DNA from: Synechococcus sp.
GTDB lineage: Bacteria > Cyanobacteriota > Cyanobacteriia > PCC-6307 > Cyanobiaceae
Reading direction: 5' to 3'
DNA: 64,000 nt
Assembly: GCA_047285305.1 (NCBI GenBank)
Contig: JBJBDL010000003.1
Span: 1,056,001-1,120,000 of the forward strand
The translations under genes were made by a program, and so were the position numbers. This document shows positions 1 through 11,031 of the stretch, one piece after another; position 1 is the stretch's first letter; each line of letters opens with the position of its first letter. Below the pieces are notes generated by a model. It was not told the DNA's origin. It did no database searches and was given only the letters and a program-made list of their open reading frames with translations.

Positions 1-718
1 CCTGCTCCACGGGGATGCTGACCAGGGGATGCGGCCCGTGGCGGGGTGCCTGCAGCAGGGGGACCAGGCGTTCCAGGTTCAGGTGCTGGCTGGCCAAGGC
101 GGCCCAGGCCTGGCGTCGTTGCACGGGGGCCTCCAATTCATGGGCCGGGGCCAAGCCGAGATGTCGGCCCGGCAGAGCAAGGGCTTCGCTGCGCGGCAGG
201 CAGCCCAGCAACGGCACCTCCATGCGCTCCAGCACTTCGGCCAGAAGCTCCCGGTGCCTTGGGGTGCTGACCTTGTTGAGTACCACGCCGGCGATGCGCA
301 GCTGGGGATCGTGATCGCGGAATCCGCGCACGATGGCGCCGAGGGAGGCGGCCTGACCACCGGCATCCAGCACCAGCACCACCGGCAGGTCCAGCAGGCG
401 GGCCACGTCAGCCGTGCTTCCGGTTGTACTGCTGCCGATGCCATCGAAGAGCCCCATCACCCCTTCAATGAGGGTCAGCTCAGAGGCACCGCCGTAACCG
501 TGAAAGGCCTGGCGAACCCAGGTTTCCCCGCAGAGATTGAGATCGAGATTGCGACAGGGCTGACCCGAGGCCTGGCTGAGCAGCTGGGCATCGAGATAGT
601 CCGGTCCCACCTTGAAGGCCTGGATCCGGCGTCCGTTCTGCTGGGCCCAGCTCAGCAGCGCCAGGCTCAACAGGGTTTTGCCGCTGCCACTGGCTGGTGC
701 AGCGATGACAGCGGCCAT
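1..718 (-). CDS. cbiA: Cobyrinate a,c-diamide synthase, N-terminal part (runs off the window start)
   Basis: Not in the ORF track. Translating from the ATG at 718 gives MAAVIAAPASGSGKTLLSLAL...FKVGPDYLD...CRNLD...IEGVMGLFDG...GSTADVA...RHLGL, the CbiA/CobB signature. Confidence 0.92.
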   Translation of the reverse strand, partial: MAAVIAAPASGSGKTLLSLALLSWAQQNGRRIQAFKVGPDYLDAQLLSQASGQPCRNLDLNLCGETWVRQAFHGYGGASELTLIEGVMGLFDGIGSSTTGSTADVARLLDLPVVLVLDAGGQAASLGAIVRGFRDHDPQLRIAGVVLNKVSTPRHRELLAEVLERMEVPLLGCLPRSEALALPGRHLGLAPAHELEAPVQRRQAWAALASQHLNLERLVPLLQAPRHGPHPLVSIPVEQ

Positions 719-732
719 GGCTCAGACGCGGA

Positions 733-2019
733 TCAGCAGAGCAGCCTGGCAGCCAGCGGAGCGGCTGCGGCCAGCAGGGGGTTGGTGCTGTCGTGACCGC
801 CGCCGAGCAGGCGGGCCACATCCATTTCAGGGGTGTCGTGCTGTACGGGAACGACTTCTTCATGCAGTTCGAGGTTGGCCATGCCTCCCCCCTCCAAACG
901 CATGCAGCCCCCGGATTCAGCGCAGAGAATCACGCACACGCCCTGGCCGTACTCCGGTTCAGCAATTAGCCGCAGCCCCACCATCTGCCCGGCGTGCACG
1001 TTGGGCTGGGCTGTTGGCACGGCCATCAGTTGGAAGCGCACCTCGGTGCCATCGGAGCGCTTGAACTGGGCGGTGGTGCCATTTTCGACCGCAGCGGTCG
1101 AGAGCAGCGTCCAGCCCAGTCGATCGGCGATCCAGGCGGCCAGCAGCAGCCCCTGGGCAGGGTGATGGCCCTCAACGTCTATGTCGAGACGGGTGATGTG
1201 GCTGAGGGCATCACGCCGTTGCGGCGGGTCGAACACCATGGCCAGAGTCTCGCGCCAGCTGCGCAGACGCAGCCAGTTGAGATCGTTCACCGCCTGGCCG
1301 CTCTCCACGCGGTGACGCAGCAGCTCAAGGCACTGATACGGATCCCCCAACGCGGTGTCGATGATCAGGCGCCGTGGTGCGCTGGTGAGGCGTTGCATCA
1401 GCTCCGGTGCTTCGTCGATGCAGCCGTTCCACCAGACCCAGGCCGGCATCGATTCCGGTAGCAGGGGGTCGAGAATCGAAAGGCCCTCATGCAGGGCGCC
1501 ATGGCCGCCCCGCAGCACCACCACATCGCCGCAGGCGGCAGTACCACCGCCTTCTTCAGGCAGCGGGCAGTAGGCGGCCACGAGGGTTTCCAGGGGCTGG
1601 GCCGCATCGATGGTTGGCGCCAGGGTGATCAGGCGCCGGGGCATCAGTGCACTCAGGGCTGGATCGATGTACTGCCCACGTAGATCTTCGGCGTTCGCTT
1701 GCCCCTCCAAATCAGCCACCGCCTTCACCACGGCCCCATCCAGGGGCGGCGTGCTCAGGGGAAGGTCAGCATCCAGTACCGCCTGGCGGCCCGCAGCGAT
1801 CAAGGGGGCGGACTGCTGTCCCGTGATGGGGCCCGACAGACGACCACTGCGGATCAATTGCTGCTCGGCCCAGGCGGGTTGCCAGATCAGCAGGCAGAAG
1901 GTGTTGGCCCCGGTGCCCGTGCTGCCCTGCTGCTCGGGGGACCAGAGCTGTTCGAGGTAGTGGGGCACCTCCGCCGGTGCCAGTTCTAGCGGGGTTTGCA
2001 GGGTGAGCTGAGGGGACAT
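733..2019 (-). CDS. opcA: Glucose-6-phosphate dehydrogenase assembly/allosteric protein OpcA
   Basis: Directly downstream of zwf; motifs AYCPLP, WVWWNG, DLNWLRLRSWRE. Confidence 0.93.
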   Translation of the reverse strand: MSPQLTLQTPLELAPAEVPHYLEQLWSPEQQGSTGTGANTFCLLIWQPAWAEQQLIRSGRLSGPITGQQSAPLIAAGRQAVLDADLPLSTPPLDGAVVKAVADLEGQANAEDLRGQYIDPALSALMPRRLITLAPTIDAAQPLETLVAAYCPLPEEGGGTAACGDVVVLRGGHGALHEGLSILDPLLPESMPAWVWWNGCIDEAPELMQRLTSAPRRLIIDTALGDPYQCLELLRHRVESGQAVNDLNWLRLRSWRETLAMVFDPPQRRDALSHITRLDIDVEGHHPAQGLLLAAWIADRLGWTLLSTAAVENGTTAQFKRSDGTEVRFQLMAVPTAQPNVHAGQMVGLRLIAEPEYGQGVCVILCAESGGCMRLEGGGMANLELHEEVVPVQHDTPEMDVARLLGGGHDSTNPLLAAAAPLAARLLC

Positions 2020-2075
2020 GGTTACGGATGAACGAGACGTGGAGAGCTGATAAACAGGGCTGTGAACGTGCGCGG

Positions 2076-3599
2076 TCAGGGGCGTCGCCAGAGCAGTCCA
2101 TCCTTCGCCAGCAGGGCATCCGCGGCGGCTGGTCCCCAGGTGCGGGATTCGTAGGGATGAACCGGCAGCTGCCAGGGACTGTCTTCAATAAGTTCCAGCA
2201 GCGGGGTGTAGAGCCGCCATGCCGCTTCCACCTCATCGCTGCGGGTGAATAGGGTGGGGTCGCTGAGCATTGCGTCAGCCAGCAGCCGCACATAGCCCTC
2301 ATCGGAGGGTTCCCCGAAGGATTCGTCGTAGGAGAACTCCATGTCGATGGGGCGGCTGCGCATGCCAGATCCGGGTGACTTCACCTCGAAGCGGAATTCG
2401 GCCCCCTCATCCGGTTGGATGCGCAGGATCAGCTGATTGGCCGTGGGGCCTCCAGTGGCCGCATCAAACAGGTGAACCGGTGCTTCACGGAAGGTGAGCA
2501 CCACCTCACTGGTGCGCTTGGCCAGCCGTTTGCCGGTGCGCACATAGAACGGAACCCCCTGCCAGCGCCAGTTGTCGATGAACAGCTTCATCGCCACGTA
2601 GGTCTCGGTGGTGCTGTTGGGATCCACACCGGGTTCATGGCGGTATCCGGCCAGGGGCGATTCCGCTGAACCACCGGGTCCGTACTGGCCGCGGATGCAG
2701 CAGTTCCAGGGTTCGAGTTCATCGGCTAGGCGGGCAGCCTGGAGCACCTTGGCCTTTTCGTTGCGGATGGCCTCCGGGTCAAAGCGCCCGGGTGGTTCCA
2801 TAGCGGTGATCGCCATCATCTGGGTCAGGTGGTTCTGCACCATGTCCCGCAAGGCACCGGCCGATTCGTAGTACCCGGCCCTTTCCTCCACTCCAACCGT
2901 TTCAGCGGCGGTGATCTGAACACTGGAGATGTAATTGCGGTTCCAGATCGGCTCGAAGATCGTGTTGGCAAAGCGCAGAACCATGATGTTCTGGACGGTT
3001 TCCTTGCCGAGGTAATGGTCGATGCGAAAGATCTGGTTCTCCTGACCGCAGGCCTGCACCACGCGATTGAGGGCCTGGGCACTGCCGTAGTCGCGTCCGA
3101 AGGGTTTCTCGATCACCACTCGGCTGCGTTTGGGGTCTTTCAACAGGCCAGCGTCGGCGAGTGAACGGCAGCCACTGCCATAGAACTTGGGGGAGACGGA
3201 GAGATAAAAGGTGCGGTTGCCGCGGGTGGCGCACTGTTGATCGATCTGCTCGAGCCTGTCGTGCAGGCTCAGCATGTGATCGGTGTTTTGTAGGTCTACC
3301 GGCTCGTAGAACAACTTGCCCACGAACTGCTCCCAGGCCTGGGGATCGTCCTCAATCGTGCTGGCCAGTGCCTCCGCCATCTTTCCGCGGAACTCCTCGT
3401 CACTCCACGGCCGTCGCGCACAGCCCAGCAGGGCGAACTCACTGGGGAGCCGCCGTTGCTTGAACAGCTCAAACAGGGCGGGCACCAGTTTGCGGTGGGT
3501 CAGATCACCGCTGGCGCCGAAGATCACCAGACACTGCGGCGCGATCACGCGCTCTTGACGCAGTCCAACCCTGAGGGGGTTCGTCATCGTGGCAACCAT
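2076..3599 (-). CDS. zwf: Glucose-6-phosphate 1-dehydrogenase
   Basis: IFGASGDL, EKPFG and RIDHYLGKETVQN motifs; start placed at ATG 3599 (MVATMTNPLR). Confidence 0.97.
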   Translation of the reverse strand: MVATMTNPLRVGLRQERVIAPQCLVIFGASGDLTHRKLVPALFELFKQRRLPSEFALLGCARRPWSDEEFRGKMAEALASTIEDDPQAWEQFVGKLFYEPVDLQNTDHMLSLHDRLEQIDQQCATRGNRTFYLSVSPKFYGSGCRSLADAGLLKDPKRSRVVIEKPFGRDYGSAQALNRVVQACGQENQIFRIDHYLGKETVQNIMVLRFANTIFEPIWNRNYISSVQITAAETVGVEERAGYYESAGALRDMVQNHLTQMMAITAMEPPGRFDPEAIRNEKAKVLQAARLADELEPWNCCIRGQYGPGGSAESPLAGYRHEPGVDPNSTTETYVAMKLFIDNWRWQGVPFYVRTGKRLAKRTSEVVLTFREAPVHLFDAATGGPTANQLILRIQPDEGAEFRFEVKSPGSGMRSRPIDMEFSYDESFGEPSDEGYVRLLADAMLSDPTLFTRSDEVEAAWRLYTPLLELIEDSPWQLPVHPYESRTWGPAAADALLAKDGLLWRRP

Positions 3600-3700
3600 G
3601 GAGTGTCCAGGCTTCTGACGCTGGTTTAGGCACGGAACCGGCAACAGACATGGACTTGCCGCTTTGTTTCCGCGTTGGTGTCAGCGTTTGTTGCCAACCC

Positions 3701-3729
3701 AAAAAAAAGTCCACCCCTCGGGGTGGACT
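3701..3729 (-). terminator. Rho-independent terminator after petH
   Basis: Minus strand reads GTCCACCC-CGAG-GGGTGGAC followed by T8. Confidence 0.85.
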
Positions 3730-3767
3730 GAAAACGATCGATGGCTGATTGATCAGCGCTTGATCGA

Positions 3768-4985
<1,218 letters not shown>

Positions 4986-5119
4986 CTATAGGCGTGGCCT
5001 TCGATTTCACACAAAACGGTTGCTCTTCGGAACAGAATTGGATGTGGTCTGGACGACCTCCTTAAGATCTTCAGGTTCGGCCTCTCATCTCGGCGTCTCT
5101 TTTGGTTTTCCCCCAGACA

Positions 5120-5641
5120 ATGTTTGGACGAGGGCTTCAAACCTCTGCGGATTCAAGTTCTGCGATCGAGCAGACCATGGAGAGGCTGCCCCAGGGGACG
5201 CGCCGTCTCGCCGCTGAACTCAAATCACCACTGCCAGTTCAGCTGCTCTGGGATGTGCTGACGGATTACGAGAACCTTTCTCGTTTCATTCCCAACCTCA
5301 GCACCAGCGAGTTGATTCAGCGCCAGGGTCAGACGGTGCGTCTTCAACAAGTGGGCAGCCAGCAGCTGCTCGGGCTTCGCTTCTCGGCCCAGGTGCAGCT
5401 TGAGCTGACGGAATACCGCCAGGACGGGCTGCTGCAGTTCCGCATGGTGAAAGGTGATTTCCGACGCTTTGAAGGGTCATGGCAGATCCGTCAACGTCCC
5501 GAGGGCAGCTCACTGCTTTATGAGCTGACGGTTCAAGGCTGCCTTGGAATGCCGATCGGTCTGATCGAGGAGCGGCTGCGGGACGATCTCTCTAGCAACC
5601 TCAACGCCGTTGTGCAGGAAGCACACCGCAGAAACAGCTGA
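5120..5641 (+). CDS. SRPBCC/START-fold (polyketide cyclase/dehydrase-like) protein
   Basis: LWDVLTDYENLSRFIPNL and GDFRRFEGSW motifs. Confidence 0.85.
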   Translation: MFGRGLQTSADSSSAIEQTMERLPQGTRRLAAELKSPLPVQLLWDVLTDYENLSRFIPNLSTSELIQRQGQTVRLQQVGSQQLLGLRFSAQVQLELTEYRQDGLLQFRMVKGDFRRFEGSWQIRQRPEGSSLLYELTVQGCLGMPIGLIEERLRDDLSSNLNAVVQEAHRRNS

Positions 5642-5675
5642 ACGAGCAGCAATGGCGCAGCAATTTCAAAACTTT

Positions 5676-5724
5676 TTCAATCGTTGTGTGAAATGGGGCT
5701 TGAAAGCCTCACAAAACGGTTGAA
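5676..5724. terminator. Long imperfect hairpin between the convergent SRPBCC gene and tRNA-Glu
   Basis: TTCAATCGTTGTGTGA (5676-5691) pairs with TCACAAAACGGTTGAA (5709-5724) around an inner GGCT-TGAA-AGCC hairpin. Confidence 0.5.
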
Positions 5725-5768
5725 CTGGTACTTAATTCATCACCAAAACGAGTCTGGAGATGACGTCA

Positions 5769-5841
5769 TACCCCCAAGGGGATTCGAACCCCTGTCGCCT
5801 CCGTGAAAGGGAGGTGTCCTAGGCCTCTAGACGATGGGGGC
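5769..5841 (-). tRNA. trnE: tRNA-Glu (anticodon TTC), CCA not encoded
   Basis: Minus strand GCCCCCATCGTCTAGAGGCCTAGGACACCTCCCTTTCACGGAGGCGACAGGGGTTCGAATCCCCTTGGGGGTA, 73 nt, cloverleaf with T-loop GTTCGAA. Confidence 0.97.
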
Positions 5842-5888
5842 GAGGCCGTAATCAGCGAGCGATCTGTGCTCCTGATCACTTGTGAACA

Positions 5889-7040
5889 CTAGGGCTTGGT
5901 CGGACCCTCCGTCAAGACAGCTTGACCCCATTCGACACCTTGTCCTTGCCAGATCGGCACCGTGAAGGTGAAGCAGGCACCTTCGCCAGGGTCCGAAACC
6001 ACCCAGATCTTGCCGCCGTGCACTTCGACGATGCGTCGACAAACCGACAGCCCCACGCCGTAACCGGTGGTTTGGTCGGAGGTTTGCGGCAGCCGCACCC
6101 GATCCAGAAAAATTCGCTGCTGTTCTGTTTCCGGAATGCCCGGGCCGCTGTCACAAACGCTCACCTCCACCCGTTGGCTGGTGCGGTGCAGCATCGAGAG
6201 CGAGATGTGCCCGCCGTCGTTGGTGTATTTCAGGGCGTTTTCGAGCAGATTCAGCAGCACCTGGCGCATGCGGCGCTGATCAGCGAAAACCTTGGGCAAG
6301 TCGGCGGGAATGTCGGTTTTGATTTCGACGTTGCGACCCAGCCATAATTTTTCTAGCTCGAGGATCACTTCGGCTGAAACGCTGGCCAGGTCAAGCCGTT
6401 GTGGGTTGAACAGGGTTTCCCACCGGGTGGTGCCCACCTCCAGCAAATCCTTTGACAGCGCCTCCATCTCCTGCAGGCGGCGTGTGATCACATCCTGAAA
6501 GCGATCCATATCGATCTGGCCCAGCTTCTGGCTTTGCAGGGCCAAAGCCGCTGCCGTGAGTGGGGTGCGGAGTTCGTGGGCCACCATGCGCAGCAGGCGT
6601 TCTTGGGCGCTGACGCGATCGATCAGCGTCTCGTTCTCCTGGCGCAGCACCAGCAGCTGATCCTCCAGCTGGAGTTCCTTCTGGGTGCGACTGCCATCGA
6701 GTTCGGTTGGCCTGAGGCTGAGGCCAAGGCCGCTCACCACCCCATCCTGTTTCCAGCGGGGCACCCATCCTTTGAGTTGCTGAAGGATGTTGCTTCCCGC
6801 GAACACCTGCTTGGGGTTCGGCGCCAATTTGATCAGCGCTGGAGTTACCACGAGGCGGTGCAGCTCAAGCAGTTCGGGTTGCTGGGAGGGATCGGCAACC
6901 TGCAGGGTGACGTCGAAGCCCAGGTCCTCCCGTTCCAGGAACTGCACCAGGGATCTGAGGTCCTGACCAGACAGGTGATGTCGAGCTGCCACCAGCAACA
7001 GCTTCAGGGTTTGCCGTGTCTTTGGAGCGTCCTTGACCAC
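5889..7040 (-). CDS. sasA: Circadian output sensor histidine kinase with N-terminal KaiB-like domain
   Basis: KaiB-like segment ([22 protein letters not shown]), H-box AHELRTPL, N-box [10 protein letters not shown]-boxes DSGPGI and GVGL. GTG start at 7040 is inferred. Confidence 0.92.
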   Translation of the reverse strand: MVKDAPKTRQTLKLLLVAARHHLSGQDLRSLVQFLEREDLGFDVTLQVADPSQQPELLELHRLVVTPALIKLAPNPKQVFAGSNILQQLKGWVPRWKQDGVVSGLGLSLRPTELDGSRTQKELQLEDQLLVLRQENETLIDRVSAQERLLRMVAHELRTPLTAAALALQSQKLGQIDMDRFQDVITRRLQEMEALSKDLLEVGTTRWETLFNPQRLDLASVSAEVILELEKLWLGRNVEIKTDIPADLPKVFADQRRMRQVLLNLLENALKYTNDGGHISLSMLHRTSQRVEVSVCDSGPGIPETEQQRIFLDRVRLPQTSDQTTGYGVGLSVCRRIVEVHGGKIWVVSDPGEGACFTFTVPIWQGQGVEWGQAVLTEGPTKP

Positions 7041-7148
7041 GCGGACTGCAAGACAGCAAAAACCGATGTTCACCTTATGGGTTTTTGACTGCACCGCCAG
7101 CAGCGCTAAGACGAAGAGGAACACTCCGTTGCGTCATTGACGCGGTCC

Positions 7149-7736
7149 ATGTCGCTTTTTTCTGCGCAAAACCGTGTTCCTCTGACCGTTCCCGGCGGAG
7201 TGGCTGCCCAGCCTTCGATTCAGGTGGATAGCAATCTGCGTCGCTGGTTCAGCCGCAATCTGGGGTTGTGGCGTTCTCGGCGGCAATACACCTTCAGTGA
7301 CGACCAGGTTCTCCACTTGGACATGAACCTGAAAATGGAGGCGTTCGCACACCCCGAGGTGGGTGAGAGCCGCTACCGCTTCAGCTGGTGGTCTGATCAG
7401 GAAGACCAGCATTCCGACGAATTCTTTGCCCGCAAGCCTTGGTTTGAACGCAGTGGAGTGATGGAAGCCACGTTGTGGGGCCATCAACTCCAGAGAAGTC
7501 GTGGTTATTTGACGGGAGACCCGGTGCGCACCCGGCTGCGTCAGGTGGATGAGCACGAAACCATCCTCGAATCCCACTACCAGCAGTGGGACATCCTTGA
7601 GCACATTCGCCTTGTCGATCAGGACCGCTACCGCTACCGCGCCATCTACAGCTGGGAGAACGGTGATCTCTCGATCGTTGAGCATCACCATGAGATTCGA
7701 ATGTCCGACCCCCTGCCGCTGATCGAGGACGACTGA
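7149..7736 (+). CDS. Conserved hypothetical protein, possible CpcS/CpeS-like phycobiliprotein lyase beta-barrel
   Basis: WFSRNLGLWRSRRQY, LQRSRGY and EHIRLVDQDRYRYR resemble S-type lyase motifs (recalled similarity only). Confidence 0.55.
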   Translation: MSLFSAQNRVPLTVPGGVAAQPSIQVDSNLRRWFSRNLGLWRSRRQYTFSDDQVLHLDMNLKMEAFAHPEVGESRYRFSWWSDQEDQHSDEFFARKPWFERSGVMEATLWGHQLQRSRGYLTGDPVRTRLRQVDEHETILESHYQQWDILEHIRLVDQDRYRYRAIYSWENGDLSIVEHHHEIRMSDPLPLIEDD

Positions 7737-7821
7737 ACGGCGCCGTTGTGCTGATGGCCCAGTTCAACAACCGCGCCTGAGCTCCAGCCAGCTTTGGCAT
7801 GGGAGGTAAGTTGCGAAAAAT

Positions 7822-8253
7822 TTGACGCTGCCGGGCCCCAAGGTGATTCGTCGTTCGTTTGCTGCCGCAGCTCTCTTGCTGGCTGCCCCCTTGTCGTTAC
7901 CGGCAACGGCTCTGGCTCAGGCCTCCAAGGACAAGCCCACTCCTGCCACAGCCATGGAGGTGAACACCTATGGAGTGATGTCGATTGCCACCTTCTGTGA
8001 GGCGAGGGCACAGAAGATCGATTTCAACAAGTCTTTGGCGGTGGCTCTCGCTGGTCAGTTGCATGTGATTTATGGCAAGCACGGTGGTTTGCTTCCCGGC
8101 ACTAAAGACCCCTTGCCCGAGAAGCAATTTCTCAACAATGCAGGATTCATGATCGTTGGCGGTGCGCTGAAGTTCTGCCCTAAATCAGTCCCCGCTGCAG
8201 AAAAAGCACGCTTTGAAAAAGCTGCTTCTTCGTTGAAGTCTTCGAAAAAATAA
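7822..8253 (+). CDS. Hypothetical secreted protein
   Basis: Signal-peptide-like N-terminus (RRSFAAAALLLAAPLSLPATALA), two Cys, followed by a terminator. Exact start is uncertain. Confidence 0.75.
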   Translation: MTLPGPKVIRRSFAAAALLLAAPLSLPATALAQASKDKPTPATAMEVNTYGVMSIATFCEARAQKIDFNKSLAVALAGQLHVIYGKHGGLLPGTKDPLPEKQFLNNAGFMIVGGALKFCPKSVPAAEKARFEKAASSLKSSKK

Positions 8254-8277
8254 GATTTTCTCAGACTCTAAATATCG

Positions 8278-8312
8278 AAAACGTCTGGCCCGCTGAGGTC
8301 AGGCGTTTTTTT
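8278..8312 (+). terminator. Rho-independent terminator
   Basis: AAAACGTCTGGCC-CGCTGA-GGTCAGGCGTTTTTTT: stem with G-U pairs and a T run. Confidence 0.7.
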
Positions 8313-8427
8313 GTGCCTGTTCCTCTGCTCTGATGCCGTTACTCGCCTCATGGCCGGCACCTTGGCTGAAATGTCCCGGTTTTGAGCTTCGTCCGTCAGG
8401 ATCATCCGGTCCTCGCGTGGTTCGGCC

Positions 8428-11031
8428 ATGACTGCAGCTGCTTCGATTCGTCTGGCGGACTACACGCCGTGGGCTTTTGAACTCCCTTCCATCCTCCTGG
8501 ACGTGAACATCCAGGATGACCATGTCGTCATTGCCTCCAGGCTCAGCCTTGAACCGCGTCGCTCTGGAGAGCCGTTGGTGTTGTGCGGCGTCGATCTGGA
8601 GATCGAATACCTGGCGATCGATCAGGTGCCATTGCAGCCCGAGGAGTACAGCTTTGCCGACGGACGTCTCACCATCCCCAACGTGCCGGGCCAGCCGTTC
8701 GTACTGGAAACCCATTGCCGTCTGGACCCCTACTCCAACAGTTCGCTCGAAGGCTTTTATGCCAGCGGTGGTCTGCTGAGCACCCAGTGTGAGGCCGAGG
8801 GGTTCCGGCGCATCAGCCTGCACCCTGATCGTCCGGATGTGCTGAGCCGTTGGCAGGTGCGGATTGAGGCCAGCCGCAGCAGCTGCCCTGTGCTGTTGAG
8901 CAACGGCAATGCGGTTCAGGAGGAATCCGTCGGCCATGATCGTCATGCGGTCACGTGGGATGACCCCTTCCCCAAGCCCTCCTATCTGTTCGCCCTGGTG
9001 GCAGGAGACCTCAAGGAGATTCGTGATCACTACACAACGGCGTCGGGCCGGCAGGTCACCCTGCGCTTGCATGTGGAGGAGGGGGATGAATCTTTCACGG
9101 CCCATGCCATGGCTTCGTTGAAACGATCCATGCAATGGGATGAGTCGGTTTACAGCCTTGAATATGATCTTGATGAATACAACATTGTCGCCGTCCGTCA
9201 CTTCAACATGGGTGCGATGGAAAATAAGAGTCTGAATATTTTCAACTCAAAGCTTATTTTGGCTGATGCGGAAACAGCAACTGATGCAGAACTTGAGCGC
9301 ATCGAAAGTGTTATTGCCCATGAATACTTTCACAACTGGACCGGAAATCGCATCACCTGCCGGGATTGGTTCCAGCTGTCGCTCAAGGAAGGCCTGACGG
9401 TGTTCCGCGATCAGTGCTTCACCGCAGATCTGCATTCGGAAGCGGTGAAGCGTATTGAGGATGTGGCAATGTTGCGCAACACCCAATTCCGTGAGGATGC
9501 TGGTCCAACGGCCCACCCGGTGAAGCCAGCGGAATACCAGGCGATCGATAACTTCTACACAACAACCATTTATGAAAAAGGTGCGGAGTTGATCCGCATG
9601 CTGCGCACCCTGCTGGGACCCGAGCGGTTCATGAAGGGAATGGAGGTTTACGTACAACGTTTCGATGGCACGGCCGCCACGACGGAAGACTTCGTTCAAG
9701 CGATCGCGGATGGTGCCACCAGCCAGGGTGAGCCGCTTGGCTTTGATCTGGAACGCTTCAAGCGCTGGTACCACCAGGCAGGAACTCCGGAACTCAGCAT
9801 TGATCGGCAGTGGAATCCTGAATCGGGTCAGCTGACGGTGGACTTGCGCCAGGCGACGCCTCCGACGACGGGGCAGGCGGACAAACACCCCCTAGTGCTG
9901 CCGGTTGCCATGGCCCTGGTGGGTGATCAAGGCCTTGTTGGTGACGAGCAGCTGCTGGTGATGGAGGCCGAGCGCGCCAGTATCACCCTGCAGGGCCAGC
10001 CCGGCCATACCCCTCCTGCCCTTTCCGTGCTTCGCCGGTTTTCGGCGCCGGTGCACGTGCGCTTGGAGCAGCCGCTGGAGGAGTGCCTGCAGCTGTTGGC
10101 TTCCGATGATGATCCATTCTGCCGCTGGGATGCGGCCCAGCGCCTGGCACGCCAGGTGCTGTTGGCGCGGGCAGAAAACCAGCCGAAGCCTGCCGTTGAG
10201 GCCGCGCTGATTCAGGCCCTTGATCAGCGGATCTGCGCCTACGACGGTGGTGATGGTATGGATCTGGCGGCGCTGCTGGCGCTGCCCGGTATGGCGGAAC
10301 TGGAGGCATTGCAATCCCCGGTGGATCCGCTGGCGCTGGATCAAGCCTTCCGCGTGTGGACCCAGGAGATGGGCGTTCAATTGCAGTCGTCCCTGCGTCG
10401 CCTTCTGGAGCTGGCCCGGGCTGACTGGACCCTGGCTTGGCCGGTGGGTCAGGGCGGCCGGGCCCTTACCGCCTTGGCCTGGCGCTGGCTTGCCGCTGCT
10501 GGTGATGCCACGGTTAAAGCGGAGGCGTTGGTTGCTGTTTCCGGCCCCTCGATGACCCTGGCGCGGGGAGCCCTGAGGGCCTTGCTGCCGCAGGAAAGCA
10601 CTGAGCGTGAGCAGGCAATGGCGCTGTTCTACGACCGTTGGCAAGACAAGCCCGTGATTCTGGACGCCTGGTTTGCGATGGAGGCATCAGCCCCCAGGTC
10701 CAACGCGTTGGAGCGGGTTCAACAGCTGTTGGAGCATCCGCGCTTCGATCCCCTGGCGCCCAACTCCCTTCGCGCTGTTCTCGGTGGATTTACCGCCAAT
10801 GTTCAGGCGTTTCACGCAATCGATGGCAGTGGTTATCGGTTCATGGCGGAGCAGATTGCAGCGGTCGACTCCCGCAACCCGATCACCGCATCACGGATGG
10901 CCAAGGTGTTCAGTCGCTGCGGCAGTTACGGCCCCGAGCGCCAAATGGTCATGCGTCAGGCCATCGACCAGCTGGCAGCCAAGCCTCTGTCGGCGAACAC
11001 CGCCGAGGTGGTGCAGTTGCTTACGACGTGA
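8428..11031 (+). CDS. pepN: Aminopeptidase N (M1 family)
   Basis: TQCEAEGFRRI, GAMENK, HEYFH...LKEG zinc motif. Confidence 0.97.
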   Translation: MTAAASIRLADYTPWAFELPSILLDVNIQDDHVVIASRLSLEPRRSGEPLVLCGVDLEIEYLAIDQVPLQPEEYSFADGRLTIPNVPGQPFVLETHCRLDPYSNSSLEGFYASGGLLSTQCEAEGFRRISLHPDRPDVLSRWQVRIEASRSSCPVLLSNGNAVQEESVGHDRHAVTWDDPFPKPSYLFALVAGDLKEIRDHYTTASGRQVTLRLHVEEGDESFTAHAMASLKRSMQWDESVYSLEYDLDEYNIVAVRHFNMGAMENKSLNIFNSKLILADAETATDAELERIESVIAHEYFHNWTGNRITCRDWFQLSLKEGLTVFRDQCFTADLHSEAVKRIEDVAMLRNTQFREDAGPTAHPVKPAEYQAIDNFYTTTIYEKGAELIRMLRTLLGPERFMKGMEVYVQRFDGTAATTEDFVQAIADGATSQGEPLGFDLERFKRWYHQAGTPELSIDRQWNPESGQLTVDLRQATPPTTGQADKHPLVLPVAMALVGDQGLVGDEQLLVMEAERASITLQGQPGHTPPALSVLRRFSAPVHVRLEQPLEECLQLLASDDDPFCRWDAAQRLARQVLLARAENQPKPAVEAALIQALDQRICAYDGGDGMDLAALLALPGMAELEALQSPVDPLALDQAFRVWTQEMGVQLQSSLRRLLELARADWTLAWPVGQGGRALTALAWRWLAAAGDATVKAEALVAVSGPSMTLARGALRALLPQESTEREQAMALFYDRWQDKPVILDAWFAMEASAPRSNALERVQQLLEHPRFDPLAPNSLRAVLGGFTANVQAFHAIDGSGYRFMAEQIAAVDSRNPITASRMAKVFSRCGSYGPERQMVMRQAIDQLAAKPLSANTAEVVQLLTT

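Noticed and set aside
5642..5841. tRNA-Glu as the attachment site of an integrated element
   Set aside because: No duplicate of the tRNA 3' end was seen in the window, no integrase is adjacent, and the flanking genes look like core genes.
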